A stretch of 64,000 nucleotides of DNA from an uncultured Chloroflexia bacterium (GTDB lineage: Bacteria > Chloroflexota > Limnocylindria > Limnocylindrales > CSP1-4), in contig CAVTHS010000003.1 of NCBI GenBank assembly GCA_963734535.1, positions 96,001 through 160,000 on the forward strand. Reading direction: 5' to 3'. Under the pieces are notes generated by a model, which was not told the origin of the DNA, did not search any database, and worked only from the letters and a program-made list of their open reading frames with translations. Each line of letters opens with the position of its first letter. Position 1 is the stretch's first letter. Shown in pieces: positions 1 to 10,850 of the stretch. The translations under genes were made by a program, and so were the position numbers.

Positions 1-2
1 TC

Positions 3-611
3 GCGGCGGCCCTCGCGGCCGTGATCGCCGCGGGTTGCCCCGTCATCGAGATCCACGAGCCCGTCGCGACGCTCCCGGGCGGCGCGGGGGCGGGCACGGT
101 GTTCGCGGCGGCCCATCGCCTGTTGCTTGCCGGGCTCCCGGCGGACGCGCACGCGACCCTCGCGATCACCGGCGGAGACGCGGAGGCGCTGGGCGCCGAG
201 GCGCTCTTCGGGCTGCCGTACCGGAGCTACCTGTTCGACCTCATCGCCGGCCCGGACAGCTGGCGGACCATCGCGAGAGCGCCCGGCGATCGCGGCATCA
301 TCGTGGGCGTCGCCGACGCGACCGGCCGGCGATCGACGGGCCTCGAGGAGGTTGCCTGGGCGGCGGGCTACGCGGCGTCGCTCGGCGGCCGCGGTCTGGC
401 ACGGGTCGGCCTCGCGCCGTCGGGCGGACTCGACGGGCTGGACCCGGCCCGGGCACAGGCCCTCATCGGCCTCCTCGGAGAGGCGGCCCGGCTGCTGGCC
501 GGAGAGCCGGAGGTGCTGCAGCGCCGCTTCGACCCCCGGGCTGTCGACCTGCGGAGCGCTGCCCTCGGAGAATACCGACCGGACCAGCGCGGGCGGCCGC
601 GGGGCCGGTAG
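3..611 (+). CDS. 5'-truncated hypothetical protein, distantly like the cobalamin-independent methionine synthase (MetE) catalytic barrel
   Basis: Frame is open from the window edge. GCPVIEIHEP resembles MetE GxxxIQIDEP and LAPSGGL resembles xxPDCGL, but the Zn-ligand Cys residues are absent. Confidence 0.45.
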   Translation, partial: AAALAAVIAAGCPVIEIHEPVATLPGGAGAGTVFAAAHRLLLAGLPADAHATLAITGGDAEALGAEALFGLPYRSYLFDLIAGPDSWRTIARAPGDRGIIVGVADATGRRSTGLEEVAWAAGYAASLGGRGLARVGLAPSGGLDGLDPARAQALIGLLGEAARLLAGEPEVLQRRFDPRAVDLRSAALGEYRPDQRGRPRGR

Positions 612-650
612 TCGTGGGCCACGCGCGAGCCGCCCCGCGCCGCCCTCGCT

Positions 651-656
651 TACTCT
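651..656 (+). promoter_or_regulatory. Putative -10 element (TACTCT) giving a leaderless transcript
   Basis: TAnnnT hexamer 6 nt before the GTG at 663, with no Shine-Dalgarno sequence. Confidence 0.45.
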
Positions 657-662
657 CATCGG

Positions 663-1757
663 GTGAAGGTCGTCTCGATCGTCCCGGGTGACTCCTTGCC
701 GCGCCCCGCGGCCACGTTCGCAGGCGCCGTCCTTGCCCGCCACCTGCTCGTGGGTGGCGTGCGATGGTCGAAGGGACGCCGGCTCGACGAGGCGGACCTG
801 CGCGCGCTGGAGGTCGGCGACGTGACGCTGCCGGGGACGCCGGCCGCGGCCGGCGGACGGCCCCGGGCGATCGCGCTGCTGATGCCCGAGCCGGGCGACG
901 TGCACGAGGACGCGGCCGCGGCGCGGCTGGCGGCCGCAGTCGCAGGCCCCGGGCTCGTCATCCGGGGCCCGTTCGAGTCCCGGTTCGACCTCGTCGCCGC
1001 CCACGCAGGCGAGGTCAGGGCCAGGGTGCCCATCCTCGAGCGGCTCAACGCGGTGGACGGGATCGCGGTCTTCACCGTGCTCGACGGCCAGCTCGTCGCC
1101 GCGGGCACGCTCGTCGCCTCGGTCAAGACGGGACCGCACCTCCTCGCGGCCGCGTCGCTCGGGCGCGCCGAGGCGATCGCGGCCCGCGGGGGCTCCGCCC
1201 GCCCGGTCGTGGAGGTTCGGCCCTACGTCGCGCGCCGCATCGCCGCGGTCGTCAAGGAGACGCTCTCCGCCTCGGCACGGGCCCGGTTCGAGGCGACCCT
1301 CCGGGCCCGGGTGGAGGGCCTCGGTTCGACGCTCGTCGACGTCTCGTACGTCGCTGACGAGACGGCCGCGGTCGCCGTGGCCTTTCGCCGGTTCGTGCGC
1401 GGACCCGCGCGCGTCGACCTCCTGCTGACCGCCGGCGCAACGTCCACGGATCCCTCGGACACCATCTTCGTCGGGTTGGCGGCGATCGGCGGGCGGGTCG
1501 TCAGCCACGGGGTTCCCGCGCATCCGGGCTCGATGCTGTGGCTGGGGCGGGCCGGCGCGACGACGTTCCTGGGCCTGCCGACATGCGGCGCCTACTCGCG
1601 GGCGACCGCGGCCGACCTGCTGCTTCCGTGGCTCGCGGCCGGGGAGCCGCCCGACCGCCGGACGGTCGCGCGCCTCGCACATGGCGGGATCCTGACGAAG
1701 GAGATGCGGTTCCGCTTCCCACCATATGCGCGATCGCTCGACGCCCCGGAGGGGTAG
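663..1757 (+). CDS. Molybdopterin-binding (MoeA/MoCF_biosynth-like) domain protein of the cox cluster
   Basis: Motifs EPGDVHEDAAA, DLLLTAGATSTDPSD and GVPAHPGSMLWLG...LGLPTCG match the molybdopterin-binding proteins typical of xdh/cox loci. Confidence 0.75.
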   Translation: MKVVSIVPGDSLPRPAATFAGAVLARHLLVGGVRWSKGRRLDEADLRALEVGDVTLPGTPAAAGGRPRAIALLMPEPGDVHEDAAAARLAAAVAGPGLVIRGPFESRFDLVAAHAGEVRARVPILERLNAVDGIAVFTVLDGQLVAAGTLVASVKTGPHLLAAASLGRAEAIAARGGSARPVVEVRPYVARRIAAVVKETLSASARARFEATLRARVEGLGSTLVDVSYVADETAAVAVAFRRFVRGPARVDLLLTAGATSTDPSDTIFVGLAAIGGRVVSHGVPAHPGSMLWLGRAGATTFLGLPTCGAYSRATAADLLLPWLAAGEPPDRRTVARLAHGGILTKEMRFRFPPYARSLDAPEG

Positions 1758-1882
1758 AGGACGTCGCTCGATACGCTGGCGGGATCGCGACCCCGCCGCA
1801 CGCGCTCTCGAATCTCCGCATCGGCTGGTCGCTGACCCGCGGTGTACGATCCCGCCCAATCCCGACCCCCGAGCGAGGCACG

Positions 1883-2806
1883 ATGGACGAGCAGAACGCG
1901 GCGCTTCCCGGCGAGCTGGCGACGATCGAGGGCCTCCAGGCCGCGTTTCGCCGGCGCGACTACGTCGCCGACCGCTCGCTGAGCACGGCCGTCTTCCTGG
2001 CCCTTCGCCTCGGCCGGCCGCTCCTCCTCGAGGGCGAGGCGGGCGTCGGAAAGACCCAGCTCGCGAAGACGCTGGCCGACACGCTCGGCGCGCGGCTGAT
2101 CCGGCTCCAGTGCTACGAGGGCCTTGACGTCACGACCGCGGTCTACGAGTGGAACTACGCCCGCCAGATGCTCGAGATCCGTCTCCGGGAGGCCCGCGGC
2201 GAGATCGGCAGCGCGACCGCCCACGACATCTTCGGGCCGGAGTTCCTGCTGAAGCGCCCGCTGCTCCAGGCGCTGGAGGCGCCCGACGGCATCGCACCGG
2301 TGCTCCTGATCGACGAGATCGACCGCGCCGACGAGGAGTTCGAGGCCTACCTCCTCGAGATCCTGTCCGACTTCCAGGTCACGATCCCGGAGATCGGGAC
2401 GGTCACCGCCGAGCGGCCGCCCCGCGTGATCCTGACCTCGAACAGGACACGCGAGGTCCACGATGCGCTGAAGCGCCGCTGCCTGTATCACTGGATCGAC
2501 TACCCGAACGCGCACACCGAGATGGAGATCGTCCTCGCGCGCGTCCCCGAGACACCGGAGCGCCTCGCGCGCCAGGTTGTCGGCTTCGTCGGCCGCCTCC
2601 GGACGGCCGACCTCACGAAGGTCCCCGGCGTGGCGGAGACGCTCGACTGGGCGTCCGCGCTGCTGGCCCTCGGCGCGCGCGAGCTTGCCCCGAGCGTGGT
2701 CGATGAGACGCTCGGCGTCCTGCTCAAATACGAGGAGGACGTCCGGCGAGTCCGCGGCGCGACCGCGGCGGGCTACCTCGACGAGCTCGTCGCGACGGGA
2801 GCGTAG
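1883..2806 (+). CDS. coxD: MoxR-family AAA+ ATPase, CO dehydrogenase maturation protein CoxD
   Basis: Walker A GEAGVGKT, LIRLQCYEGLD, Walker B LLIDEIDRADEEFE, TSNRTREVHDALKRRC. ATG 1883 follows GAGG. Confidence 0.9.
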   Translation: MDEQNAALPGELATIEGLQAAFRRRDYVADRSLSTAVFLALRLGRPLLLEGEAGVGKTQLAKTLADTLGARLIRLQCYEGLDVTTAVYEWNYARQMLEIRLREARGEIGSATAHDIFGPEFLLKRPLLQALEAPDGIAPVLLIDEIDRADEEFEAYLLEILSDFQVTIPEIGTVTAERPPRVILTSNRTREVHDALKRRCLYHWIDYPNAHTEMEIVLARVPETPERLARQVVGFVGRLRTADLTKVPGVAETLDWASALLALGARELAPSVVDETLGVLLKYEEDVRRVRGATAAGYLDELVATGA

Positions 2807-2826
2807 GGAGCCTGCGGCATCCGCCC

Positions 2827-4239
2827 ATGACCGGCATCCGCGCCCCCGTCCCGGACCCGCTGGACGCGTTCGACGGATCGACGTTCCTGCGCAACGCGGT
2901 CCTCTTCACGCGTGCGCTCCGCTCGGCGGGCGTCGTGACCGACCTCGGCGGGGGGCTCGACTTCGCCCGGGCCCTCACGCTCGTGGACATCGGCGACCGG
3001 GCCCAGGTGCATGCGGCGGGCTCGGCGGTCTTCTGCCGGCGGCGCAGCGACCTCGAGACGTACGACGCGGTCTTCGACCAGTTCTGGCGGCGCCACACGG
3101 CGCGGATCGCGCCCACCGGCCTCGAGGCGACCGTCGCCCGCCCGCCGAGGCCGCCGAAGGATCGCGAGGCCGCCCTCGACACGGAGCGTCCCCGCGACCA
3201 GCCGGGGCCGCCGCGCGGCCGGCCCGAGCAGGCCGAGCCGGGGGCCGGCGATGACGAGCAGGAGGCTGACGCTGGCTGGGTGGTCTCGCCGCGCGCCTTC
3301 AGCCCGGGCGAGGCGTTCCATCACCGCGACTTCGACCGGATGACGAACGCGGAGCTGCGGGATGCCGAGCGGCTCATCGACCTTCTCGAGCCGCGCCTCG
3401 AATCCCGGCTCACCCGGCGCTACGAGCTTCATCCCCACGGCGCGCGGCTGGCGCCGCGGGCGATGTACCGCCGCAACCTCGGGGCGGGCGGCGACCTCGT
3501 CGACTGGGTCTGGCGGCGGCGCCTCAAGCGCCCGCGCTCGATCGTGATCCTGTGCGACGTCTCGGGATCGATGGAGCGCCACGCCCGGATCCTGCTGCGC
3601 TTCGTGCAGGCGCTCACCCGCGCATCCGGGGTGCGGACCGAGTCGTTCGTCTTCGGCACGCGGCTCACCCGGATCTCGCACGAGCTGCGGGGACGCGACC
3701 CGGACCTCGCGATCCGGCGCGTCAGCGAGACCGTGAGCGATTGGTCGGGCGGGACGCGGATCGGCGATTCCCTTCGCACCTTCAACCTGCGCTGGGCGCG
3801 GCGGGTCCTGCGCTCCTCGGGGGTGGTCATCGTCGTGTCCGACGGCTGGGACCGGGGCGACCCCGAGCTCGTGCGCACCGAGACCGCCCGGCTGCAGCGC
3901 AACTGCCACCGGCTGATCTGGCTCAACCCCCTCGCGGGCGCCGAGGGCTACCAGCCGATCGCGGCCGGGATGGCCGCCGCCTATCCGTCGATCGACGACT
4001 TCCTGCCGATCCAGTCGATCGCGTCGCTGGAACGGCTGGGCGCGATCCTCGGCGGGATGGGGCTCGGCAGCGCCGGGCGGCCCCCGCGAACCGGCACGCC
4101 GCGCGTCCACCGCGTCGAGGTGTCGGGCGACACTTCGAGAGGATTCGCGCGATCGATCGTGCCGCGCGTCGGGGCCCCGCCCGGGTCGGCCGACGCGGCC
4201 CTCGGCGACCCGGCATCGGCACGTCCGCTGGTCGACTGA
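2827..4239 (+). CDS. coxE: VWA-domain protein CoxE
   Basis: MIDAS motif DVSGSM, WSGGTRIG, SDGWDRG and LIWLNPL. Directly follows coxD. Confidence 0.88.
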   Translation: MTGIRAPVPDPLDAFDGSTFLRNAVLFTRALRSAGVVTDLGGGLDFARALTLVDIGDRAQVHAAGSAVFCRRRSDLETYDAVFDQFWRRHTARIAPTGLEATVARPPRPPKDREAALDTERPRDQPGPPRGRPEQAEPGAGDDEQEADAGWVVSPRAFSPGEAFHHRDFDRMTNAELRDAERLIDLLEPRLESRLTRRYELHPHGARLAPRAMYRRNLGAGGDLVDWVWRRRLKRPRSIVILCDVSGSMERHARILLRFVQALTRASGVRTESFVFGTRLTRISHELRGRDPDLAIRRVSETVSDWSGGTRIGDSLRTFNLRWARRVLRSSGVVIVVSDGWDRGDPELVRTETARLQRNCHRLIWLNPLAGAEGYQPIAAGMAAAYPSIDDFLPIQSIASLERLGAILGGMGLGSAGRPPRTGTPRVHRVEVSGDTSRGFARSIVPRVGAPPGSADAALGDPASARPLVD

Positions 4240-4257
4240 AGGGGGAGGGGAGAGGCA

Positions 4258-5358
4258 ATGCGCGAGCTGCTCGAAACGATCCGGGAATGGCAGTCCGAGG
4301 GCGCCACGCTGGGCCGCGCCGTCGTCGTGCGGACCTTCGGCTCGGCGCCACGTCCGGAGGGCGCGAGCCTGGTCGTGACGGCAGACGGGCGGCTGGCCGG
4401 GAGCGTTTCGGGCGGCTGCGTGGAGGGCGCCGCGTTCCAGGAGATCCAGGCCGCGCGGGCCGCCGGCGTCAGCCGCGTGATCCGGTACGGGATCAGCGAC
4501 GAGCAGGCGTGGGACGTGGGCCTCGCCTGCGGCGGCACGATCGACGTCCTCGTCGAGCCGTACGTCAGGCCGGAGGTCGTGGCGGCAGCAGGCCTGCGCG
4601 CCGGCTCCGTGGTGGTGATCCCGCTCCCCGCAGATGCGCCCCCCGCCGCGTTCGGGCCGCATCCGCCCGGGGCCGGCGAACTGCCGGGCGCGTCACTCTC
4701 CGTCGCCGCCGATGGGAGCCTCGCGGGCACGACCGGCGTGCCGGAGGTGGACGCGGCGATCGCCCAGGCGGCGCGGACGCTGCTTGCGCGCGGGGGCTCG
4801 GCCACCGTGACGGCAGCCGGGCGGCAGTTCTTCCTGGAGGGCTACCCGGCGGCGCCGCGCCTGGTGATCGTCGGCGCGGTCCAGGTCGCGATGCCGCTGG
4901 CGCGGATGGCTCGCGAGCTCGGCTACGAGACCGTGGTCGTGGACGGGCGGGCCGCGTTTGCCACTCCCGAACGCTTCCCGGACGTCGATCGCCTGGTCGT
5001 GGGATGGCCGGACGAGGTGGCCGACGACATCGGCCTCGGCCCGACCGACGCGGTCGCCGTGCTCACCCACGACGTGAAGTTCGACGAGCCGGCCATCATC
5101 GAGGGCCTGCGGCGCGGCTGTCGCTATGTCGGCGCGGTCGGCTCGAAGAAGACGCAGGCGGATCGGCGCGCGCGCCTCCAGGAAGCCGGGGTGACCGATG
5201 CCGAGCTGGCCCGGCTGCGCGGCCCGATCGGGCTCGACCTGGGTGGGCGCGCGCCGGCCGAAACGGCGCTCGCGATCATGGCCGAGGTCGTCGCGGAACG
5301 GTATGGAGGATCCGGCGTCCCGATGCGGGTCCTGGCGCCAGCGGTCGCGACGGGGTGA
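4258..5358 (+). CDS. XdhC/CoxF/CoxI family molybdenum hydroxylase accessory protein
   Basis: GSAPRPEGA, GSVSGGCVEG, VGLACGGTI, LTHDVKFD and GPIGLDLGGRAPAETALAI motifs. Confidence 0.9.
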   Translation: MRELLETIREWQSEGATLGRAVVVRTFGSAPRPEGASLVVTADGRLAGSVSGGCVEGAAFQEIQAARAAGVSRVIRYGISDEQAWDVGLACGGTIDVLVEPYVRPEVVAAAGLRAGSVVVIPLPADAPPAAFGPHPPGAGELPGASLSVAADGSLAGTTGVPEVDAAIAQAARTLLARGGSATVTAAGRQFFLEGYPAAPRLVIVGAVQVAMPLARMARELGYETVVVDGRAAFATPERFPDVDRLVVGWPDEVADDIGLGPTDAVAVLTHDVKFDEPAIIEGLRRGCRYVGAVGSKKTQADRRARLQEAGVTDAELARLRGPIGLDLGGRAPAETALAIMAEVVAERYGGSGVPMRVLAPAVATG

Positions 5359-5987
5359 TCCCGGTCGCCGAAACCGCGGCCGTCATCCTCGCCGCGGGCG
5401 CCGGCTCGCGCTTCGGCGGCGGGAAGATCCGGGCACCCCTCGACGGGCGTCCGCTTCTCGCGCACGTGCTCGCGGCCGTGCGGGAGGCGGGAATCGGACG
5501 CGTGGTCGTCGTGCTCGGGCGAGATGCAGGGGCCGTCGTGTCTGCGCTGCGGGCGGACACGCCAGCTGCGCTTGACCGGGTCCTCGTGGCCGTCAACCCG
5601 GAGCCCGAACGCGGGCTCGCCACCTCGCTCGCGATCGGGCTCGGTCCGGCCACGGCCGCTCCGGCGCCGGCCGGCGTGCTCATCGTGCTCGGCGACCAGC
5701 CGCGCGTCCGGGCCGAGGTGTTGCGCGCCCTGTGCGACGCGGCGGCGCCCGCGAGCGCGGTCGCCGTCGTGCCCCGCTACGAAGCGGATGCAGCGCCGAA
5801 CCCGGTCCTGCTGCTGCCGGCCGGCTGGCCGCTGGTCGCGCGGTTGGCCGGCGACCGCGGGCTCGGCCCGTTGCTCGCCGCGGATCCTGGCACGGTCGTC
5901 CGGGTGCCGGTCCCCGGCGCGAACCCCGACGTCGACACGCCCGCCGACCTGGCGGAGCTGGCGTCGACACCGGTGCCGCTGACATGA
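5355..5987 (+). CDS. mocA: Molybdenum cofactor cytidylyltransferase (MocA/MobA-like NTP transferase)
   Basis: ILAAGAGSRFGG, LGDQP and DVDTPADL motifs. GTG start overlaps the upstream stop (GTGA). Confidence 0.82.
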   Translation: MIPVAETAAVILAAGAGSRFGGGKIRAPLDGRPLLAHVLAAVREAGIGRVVVVLGRDAGAVVSALRADTPAALDRVLVAVNPEPERGLATSLAIGLGPATAAPAPAGVLIVLGDQPRVRAEVLRALCDAAAPASAVAVVPRYEADAAPNPVLLLPAGWPLVARLAGDRGLGPLLAADPGTVVRVPVPGANPDVDTPADLAELASTPVPLT

Positions 5988-6844
5988 CCGCTACGGACGC
6001 GCCCCTGGGTTCGGCCGGGCTCATCGACGCGTGGGCCGCGCGAGTTCGTGCAAACCGCGAGCAGTCGGAGCGCGTCCGCGAGGCACCCGAGCCCGGCGAC
6101 TTCTACGCGCCGGTCCGGGAGCTCTTCGTGGCCGACCCGCACCGTTCGGACGACCGGACGCTTGACCTGCTCGTCGAGATCGCGCGGCCCGGCGAGACGT
6201 GGCTCGACATCGGGGCCGGGGCGGGCCGCTACGCGCTCCCGCTGGCGCTCCGGGTCCAGGAGGTGATCGCGCTCGACCCGTCGGAGGGCATGCTGGAGGC
6301 GCTGCGGCTCGGCATGGCAGAGCACGGGATTCGCAACGTTTCGCCGGTCCACGCGCGGTGGCCGCTGGACGCGGGGGCCGGGAGCCACCACCTGGCCGAC
6401 GTCGCCCTCATCGCCCACCTTGGCTACGACGTGGAGCGGATCGGGGAGTTCCTGGATGCGATGGAGGCCGCCGCCGGGCGGCTCTGCGTGGCCATCCTCG
6501 CGGAACGGGTGCCCTCCGCCCCGGCCGGACCGTTCTGGCCGGTCGTCCACGGGGAGGAGCGCGCCGAGCTCCCCGCCCTCCCGCAGCTCCTGGCCATCCT
6601 TCGCGCGCGGGGCAGGCGGCCGGCGATCACATACGCGGCACGGCAGCGGCGCGGCTTCGCGTCGCGGGATGCGCTCCTCGCCTGGCTGCGCAACCAGCTC
6701 TTCGTGGTCCCGGGTTCGGCCGCGGACGGGCGCCTCATGGCGGAGCTCGACCGGAGGACGGTGGCAGCGGGCGACGGCAGCGTCAACCTGGTGCCGGCGA
6801 TCGACACGCGGGTCGGAATCGTCCGCTGGACGCCGCGCGCCTGA
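5984..6844 (+). CDS. Class I SAM-dependent methyltransferase
   Basis: Motif I WLDIGAGAGRY, then ALDPSEGML. ATGA overlap with mocA. Confidence 0.82.
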   Translation: MTATDAPLGSAGLIDAWAARVRANREQSERVREAPEPGDFYAPVRELFVADPHRSDDRTLDLLVEIARPGETWLDIGAGAGRYALPLALRVQEVIALDPSEGMLEALRLGMAEHGIRNVSPVHARWPLDAGAGSHHLADVALIAHLGYDVERIGEFLDAMEAAAGRLCVAILAERVPSAPAGPFWPVVHGEERAELPALPQLLAILRARGRRPAITYAARQRRGFASRDALLAWLRNQLFVVPGSAADGRLMAELDRRTVAAGDGSVNLVPAIDTRVGIVRWTPRA

Positions 6845-7068
6845 CGCGAACGGGTCTGCTTATGGACCCTGTGGAAATCGTTTGGACAACAAGTCCCATC
6901 TGGCACATCCCCGCGTGCCGATCGGCCCAGTTTCTGCGACACTCCGGCACCACATTCCGTCACTGGAGTGCAACCGGTCAGAACCCGTGTCACACGCGAT
7001 CCCCCGGCGCCAACCCGCGCCGCCGCGTCCCCGACCCACGTGACCCGAACGCAGGGTGAGGTTCCGCG

Positions 7069-7935
7069 ATGATTCCTGCCGCATTCGACTACGCCCGACC
7101 GAGCAGTCTCGATGAGGCGCTCCGGCTGCTGCACGATCGCGAGGGCGAGGCGAAGGTCCTTGCCGGCGGATACAGCCTGATCCCGCTGCTGCGCTACCGG
7201 CTCGCGCAGCCGGGGCTCCTCGTGGACATCGGCAACCTCGACGATCTCGCCTATGTCCGCGAGGCGGGCGGCCAGCTCCAGATCGGCGCGCGGACGACGC
7301 ACCACCAGCTGGAGCAGAGCGAGCTGGTCCGGCGCTCCGGTCTCTGGTCCGATGCCGCGGGTGGGATCGGCGATCCACAGGTTCGCAACTGGGGGACGCT
7401 GGGCGGCTCCGTTGCCCACGCGGATCCCTCTTCCGATTGGCCCGCGGTCCTGCTGGCGAGCCGCGCCTCCGTCGTGGTCCGCGACCTCGAGCGGGAGCGG
7501 GTGATCCCGGCCCGGGAATTCTTCCTGGACACGTTCGTCACGGCCATCGAGCCCACCGAGATCCTGACCGAGGTCCGCGTCCCGCTGCCGCCGCCCCGCA
7601 CGGGCGGCGCGTATGAGAAGACGGAGCGCAAGGCTGGCGACTTCGCGACGGCCGCTGCAGCCGTGCAGGTGACCCTCGACTCGGGCGGGGCGATCACCGC
7701 TGCGGGCGTGGCACTGAGTGCCGTTTCGGACACCCCCTTCGTGCTGCTGGCCGCGGAGGCGACGCTCGTCGGCGCCCATGCGTCGCCGGAGCTCGAGTCG
7801 AGCGTTCGGCGGGCCGCGGCGGACGGATCCAACCCCACGCGAGATGGCCACGGGCCCGTCGACTACAAGCGCGCGATGGCCGGCGAGATGGCTGTTCGAG
7901 CGCTCCGCCGCGCCCTGGCTCGCGCCGGCGCCTGA
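7069..7935 (+). CDS. coxM: Aerobic CO dehydrogenase medium (FAD) subunit
   Basis: [34 protein letters not shown] and ERKAGDFA motifs. Confidence 0.93.
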   Translation: MIPAAFDYARPSSLDEALRLLHDREGEAKVLAGGYSLIPLLRYRLAQPGLLVDIGNLDDLAYVREAGGQLQIGARTTHHQLEQSELVRRSGLWSDAAGGIGDPQVRNWGTLGGSVAHADPSSDWPAVLLASRASVVVRDLERERVIPAREFFLDTFVTAIEPTEILTEVRVPLPPPRTGGAYEKTERKAGDFATAAAAVQVTLDSGGAITAAGVALSAVSDTPFVLLAAEATLVGAHASPELESSVRRAAADGSNPTRDGHGPVDYKRAMAGEMAVRALRRALARAGA

Positions 7936-7952
7936 CGAGGGGGACGAGAGAG

Positions 7953-8462
<510 letters not shown>

Positions 8463-8471
8463 GGGGCTGCC

Positions 8472-10850
8472 ATGACGAACAACCTCGTTCAGCCGACCAC
8501 CACGACCTTCGAGGTCGGCGGGATGGGCCACTCCGTCAGGCGGCGCGAGGACCCCCGGTTCATCCGCGGCCAGGGCCAGTACATCGAGGATGTCAACCTC
8601 AAGAACCAGACCTGGATGTCGATCGTGCGGAGCCCGTACGCGCACGCGACGATCGTGAGCATCGACGCGTCGGCCGCCCTCGCGATGCCGGGCGTCCTTG
8701 CCGTGATCACCGGCCGCGACCTGGAGAAGGCCGGGCTCCACTGGATGCCGACGCTCGCGGGCGACAAGCAGATGGTGCTCCCGACCGATACGGTCATGTA
8801 CCAGGCCCAGGAGGTCGCCGCGGTCATCGCGGAGGATCGCTACGTCGCGGCCGACGCGGCGCTCGCCGTCGTGGTCGAGTACACGCCGCTCCCCGTCGTC
8901 GTCGACCCATTCAAGTCGCTCGAGCCGGACGCGCCGATCCTGCGCCCGGATCGCGGGCCGGACAAGGCCACGAACCGGATCTGGCACTGGGAATCCGGCG
9001 ATCGATCGGCCGCGGACGCCGCACTCGCCGCATCCGATCGGGTCGTCCCGATCGACGTCTACATTCCGCGCATCCACGTCGCATCGATGGAGACGTGCGG
9101 CTGCATCGCCGACTGGGACCCGGTCCGCGCGCATCTCGACTTTCACGTCACGAGCCAGGCGGCGCACGTCTATCGGACGGTCATCAGCCTCGTGTCGGGG
9201 ATCCCGGAATCCAGCATCCGGGTCAAGACGCACGACATCGGCGGCGGCTTCGGCGGGAAGGTGCCGGTCTATCCCGGCTACGTGATCTCGATCGTCGCGT
9301 CGCTGACCCTGGGCCGGCCGGTCAAGTGGATCGAGGCCCGCTCGGAGAACCTGCAGGCCGATTCGTTCGCGCGTGACTACCACATCCACGCGGAGCTCGG
9401 CGTCAACAACGACGGGAAGATCCAGGGCCTGCGTGTCAAGACGCTCGCCGACCACGGCTACACCGACGCGGCGGCCGATCCGTCCAAGTACCCGGCCGGC
9501 CTGTTCAACGTGATCACCGGCTCGTACGTCATGCCCGCCGCGTTCGTCGAGGTGGACGCTGCGTACACCAACAAGCCGCCCGGCGGGGTCGCCTACCGCT
9601 GCTCGTTCCGGGTGACGGAGGCGGTCCACACGATCGAGCGGCTCGTCGACGTGGCGGCAGCCGAGATCGGCATGGACCCGGCCGAATTCCGCTTCAAGAA
9701 CTTCATCCAGCCCGAGCAGTTCCCCTACCACACGCCCACGGGCTGGGACTACGACTCCGGCAACTATCCGGCCGCCCTGCGCAAGGCGATGGACATGATC
9801 GGCTACGAGGATCTGCGCAGGGAACAGCTCGAGAAGCGCGCCCGGGGCGAGCTGATGGGGATCGGGATCAGCTCGTTCACCGAGATCGTCGGCGCCGGCC
9901 CGTCGCATGAGTTCGACATCATCGGCATCAAGATGTTCGACTCCTGCGAGATCCGCGTCCATCCCACGGGTTCGGCCGTCGCCCGGCTCGGCGTCCAGTC
10001 GCAGGGCCAGGGCCACGAGACGACGTTCGCCCAGATCATCGCCGAGGAGCTCGGCATCCCGTCCGACAAGATCACGATCGAGGAGGGCGACACCGACACC
10101 GCGCCGTACGGCCTGGGGACGTACGCGTCCCGGTCCACGCCGGTGGCCGGTGCCGCCACGGCCATCGCCGCCCGCAAGATCCGCGACAAGGCCCGCAAGA
10201 TCGCCGCCCATCTCCTGGAGGCCAGCGAGGACGACCTGGAGTGGACGAACGGGAAGTTCAGCGTGAAGGGCTCCCCGGAGAAGTCGAAGACGATCGCCGA
10301 GATTGCCTTCGCGGCCTACACGAACCTCCCCGCGGGGATGGAGGCCGGCCTCGAAGCGGTCGACTACTACGACCCCCCCAACCTCACCTTTCCGTTCGGC
10401 TCGTACATCTGCGTGGTCGACATCGATCGCGGCACGGGCCAGGTCCACGTCCGCCGCTTCGTCGCGGTGGACGACTGCGGCAACATCATCAACCCGATGA
10501 TCGTGGAGGGACAGATTCACGGCGGGCTGACCATGGGCCTCGCACCCTCGCTGTACGAGGAGATGACGTACGACGAGAACGGCAACAACATGCAGGGCAC
10601 GTTCATGGACTACCTGGTCCCGACGGCCGTGGAGACCCCGGCCTGGGAGACGGGCAAGACCATCACCCCGTCCCCGCATCACCCGATCGGGGCGAAGGGC
10701 GTCGGGGAGTCAGCCACGGTCGGCGCGCCGCCGGCGTTCGCGAACGCGGTCGTCGACGCGCTCTGGCATGCCGGCGTCCGGCACATCGACATCCCGATGA
10801 CCCCCCAGAAGGTCTGGGCCATCCTCAACGAGAAGGGACTCACCGCCTGA
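8472..10850 (+). CDS. coxL: Aerobic CO dehydrogenase large subunit, form I (Mo-Cu)
   Basis: Form I active-site motif AYRCSFR, plus GGGFGGK, GQGHETT and GAKGVGES. Confidence 0.96.
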   Translation: MTNNLVQPTTTTFEVGGMGHSVRRREDPRFIRGQGQYIEDVNLKNQTWMSIVRSPYAHATIVSIDASAALAMPGVLAVITGRDLEKAGLHWMPTLAGDKQMVLPTDTVMYQAQEVAAVIAEDRYVAADAALAVVVEYTPLPVVVDPFKSLEPDAPILRPDRGPDKATNRIWHWESGDRSAADAALAASDRVVPIDVYIPRIHVASMETCGCIADWDPVRAHLDFHVTSQAAHVYRTVISLVSGIPESSIRVKTHDIGGGFGGKVPVYPGYVISIVASLTLGRPVKWIEARSENLQADSFARDYHIHAELGVNNDGKIQGLRVKTLADHGYTDAAADPSKYPAGLFNVITGSYVMPAAFVEVDAAYTNKPPGGVAYRCSFRVTEAVHTIERLVDVAAAEIGMDPAEFRFKNFIQPEQFPYHTPTGWDYDSGNYPAALRKAMDMIGYEDLRREQLEKRARGELMGIGISSFTEIVGAGPSHEFDIIGIKMFDSCEIRVHPTGSAVARLGVQSQGQGHETTFAQIIAEELGIPSDKITIEEGDTDTAPYGLGTYASRSTPVAGAATAIAARKIRDKARKIAAHLLEASEDDLEWTNGKFSVKGSPEKSKTIAEIAFAAYTNLPAGMEAGLEAVDYYDPPNLTFPFGSYICVVDIDRGTGQVHVRRFVAVDDCGNIINPMIVEGQIHGGLTMGLAPSLYEEMTYDENGNNMQGTFMDYLVPTAVETPAWETGKTITPSPHHPIGAKGVGESATVGAPPAFANAVVDALWHAGVRHIDIPMTPQKVWAILNEKGLTA

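Noticed and set aside
6901-6918. Sigma54 promoter (TGGCAC) upstream of coxM
   Set aside because: The required GC at -12 is not at the correct spacing.
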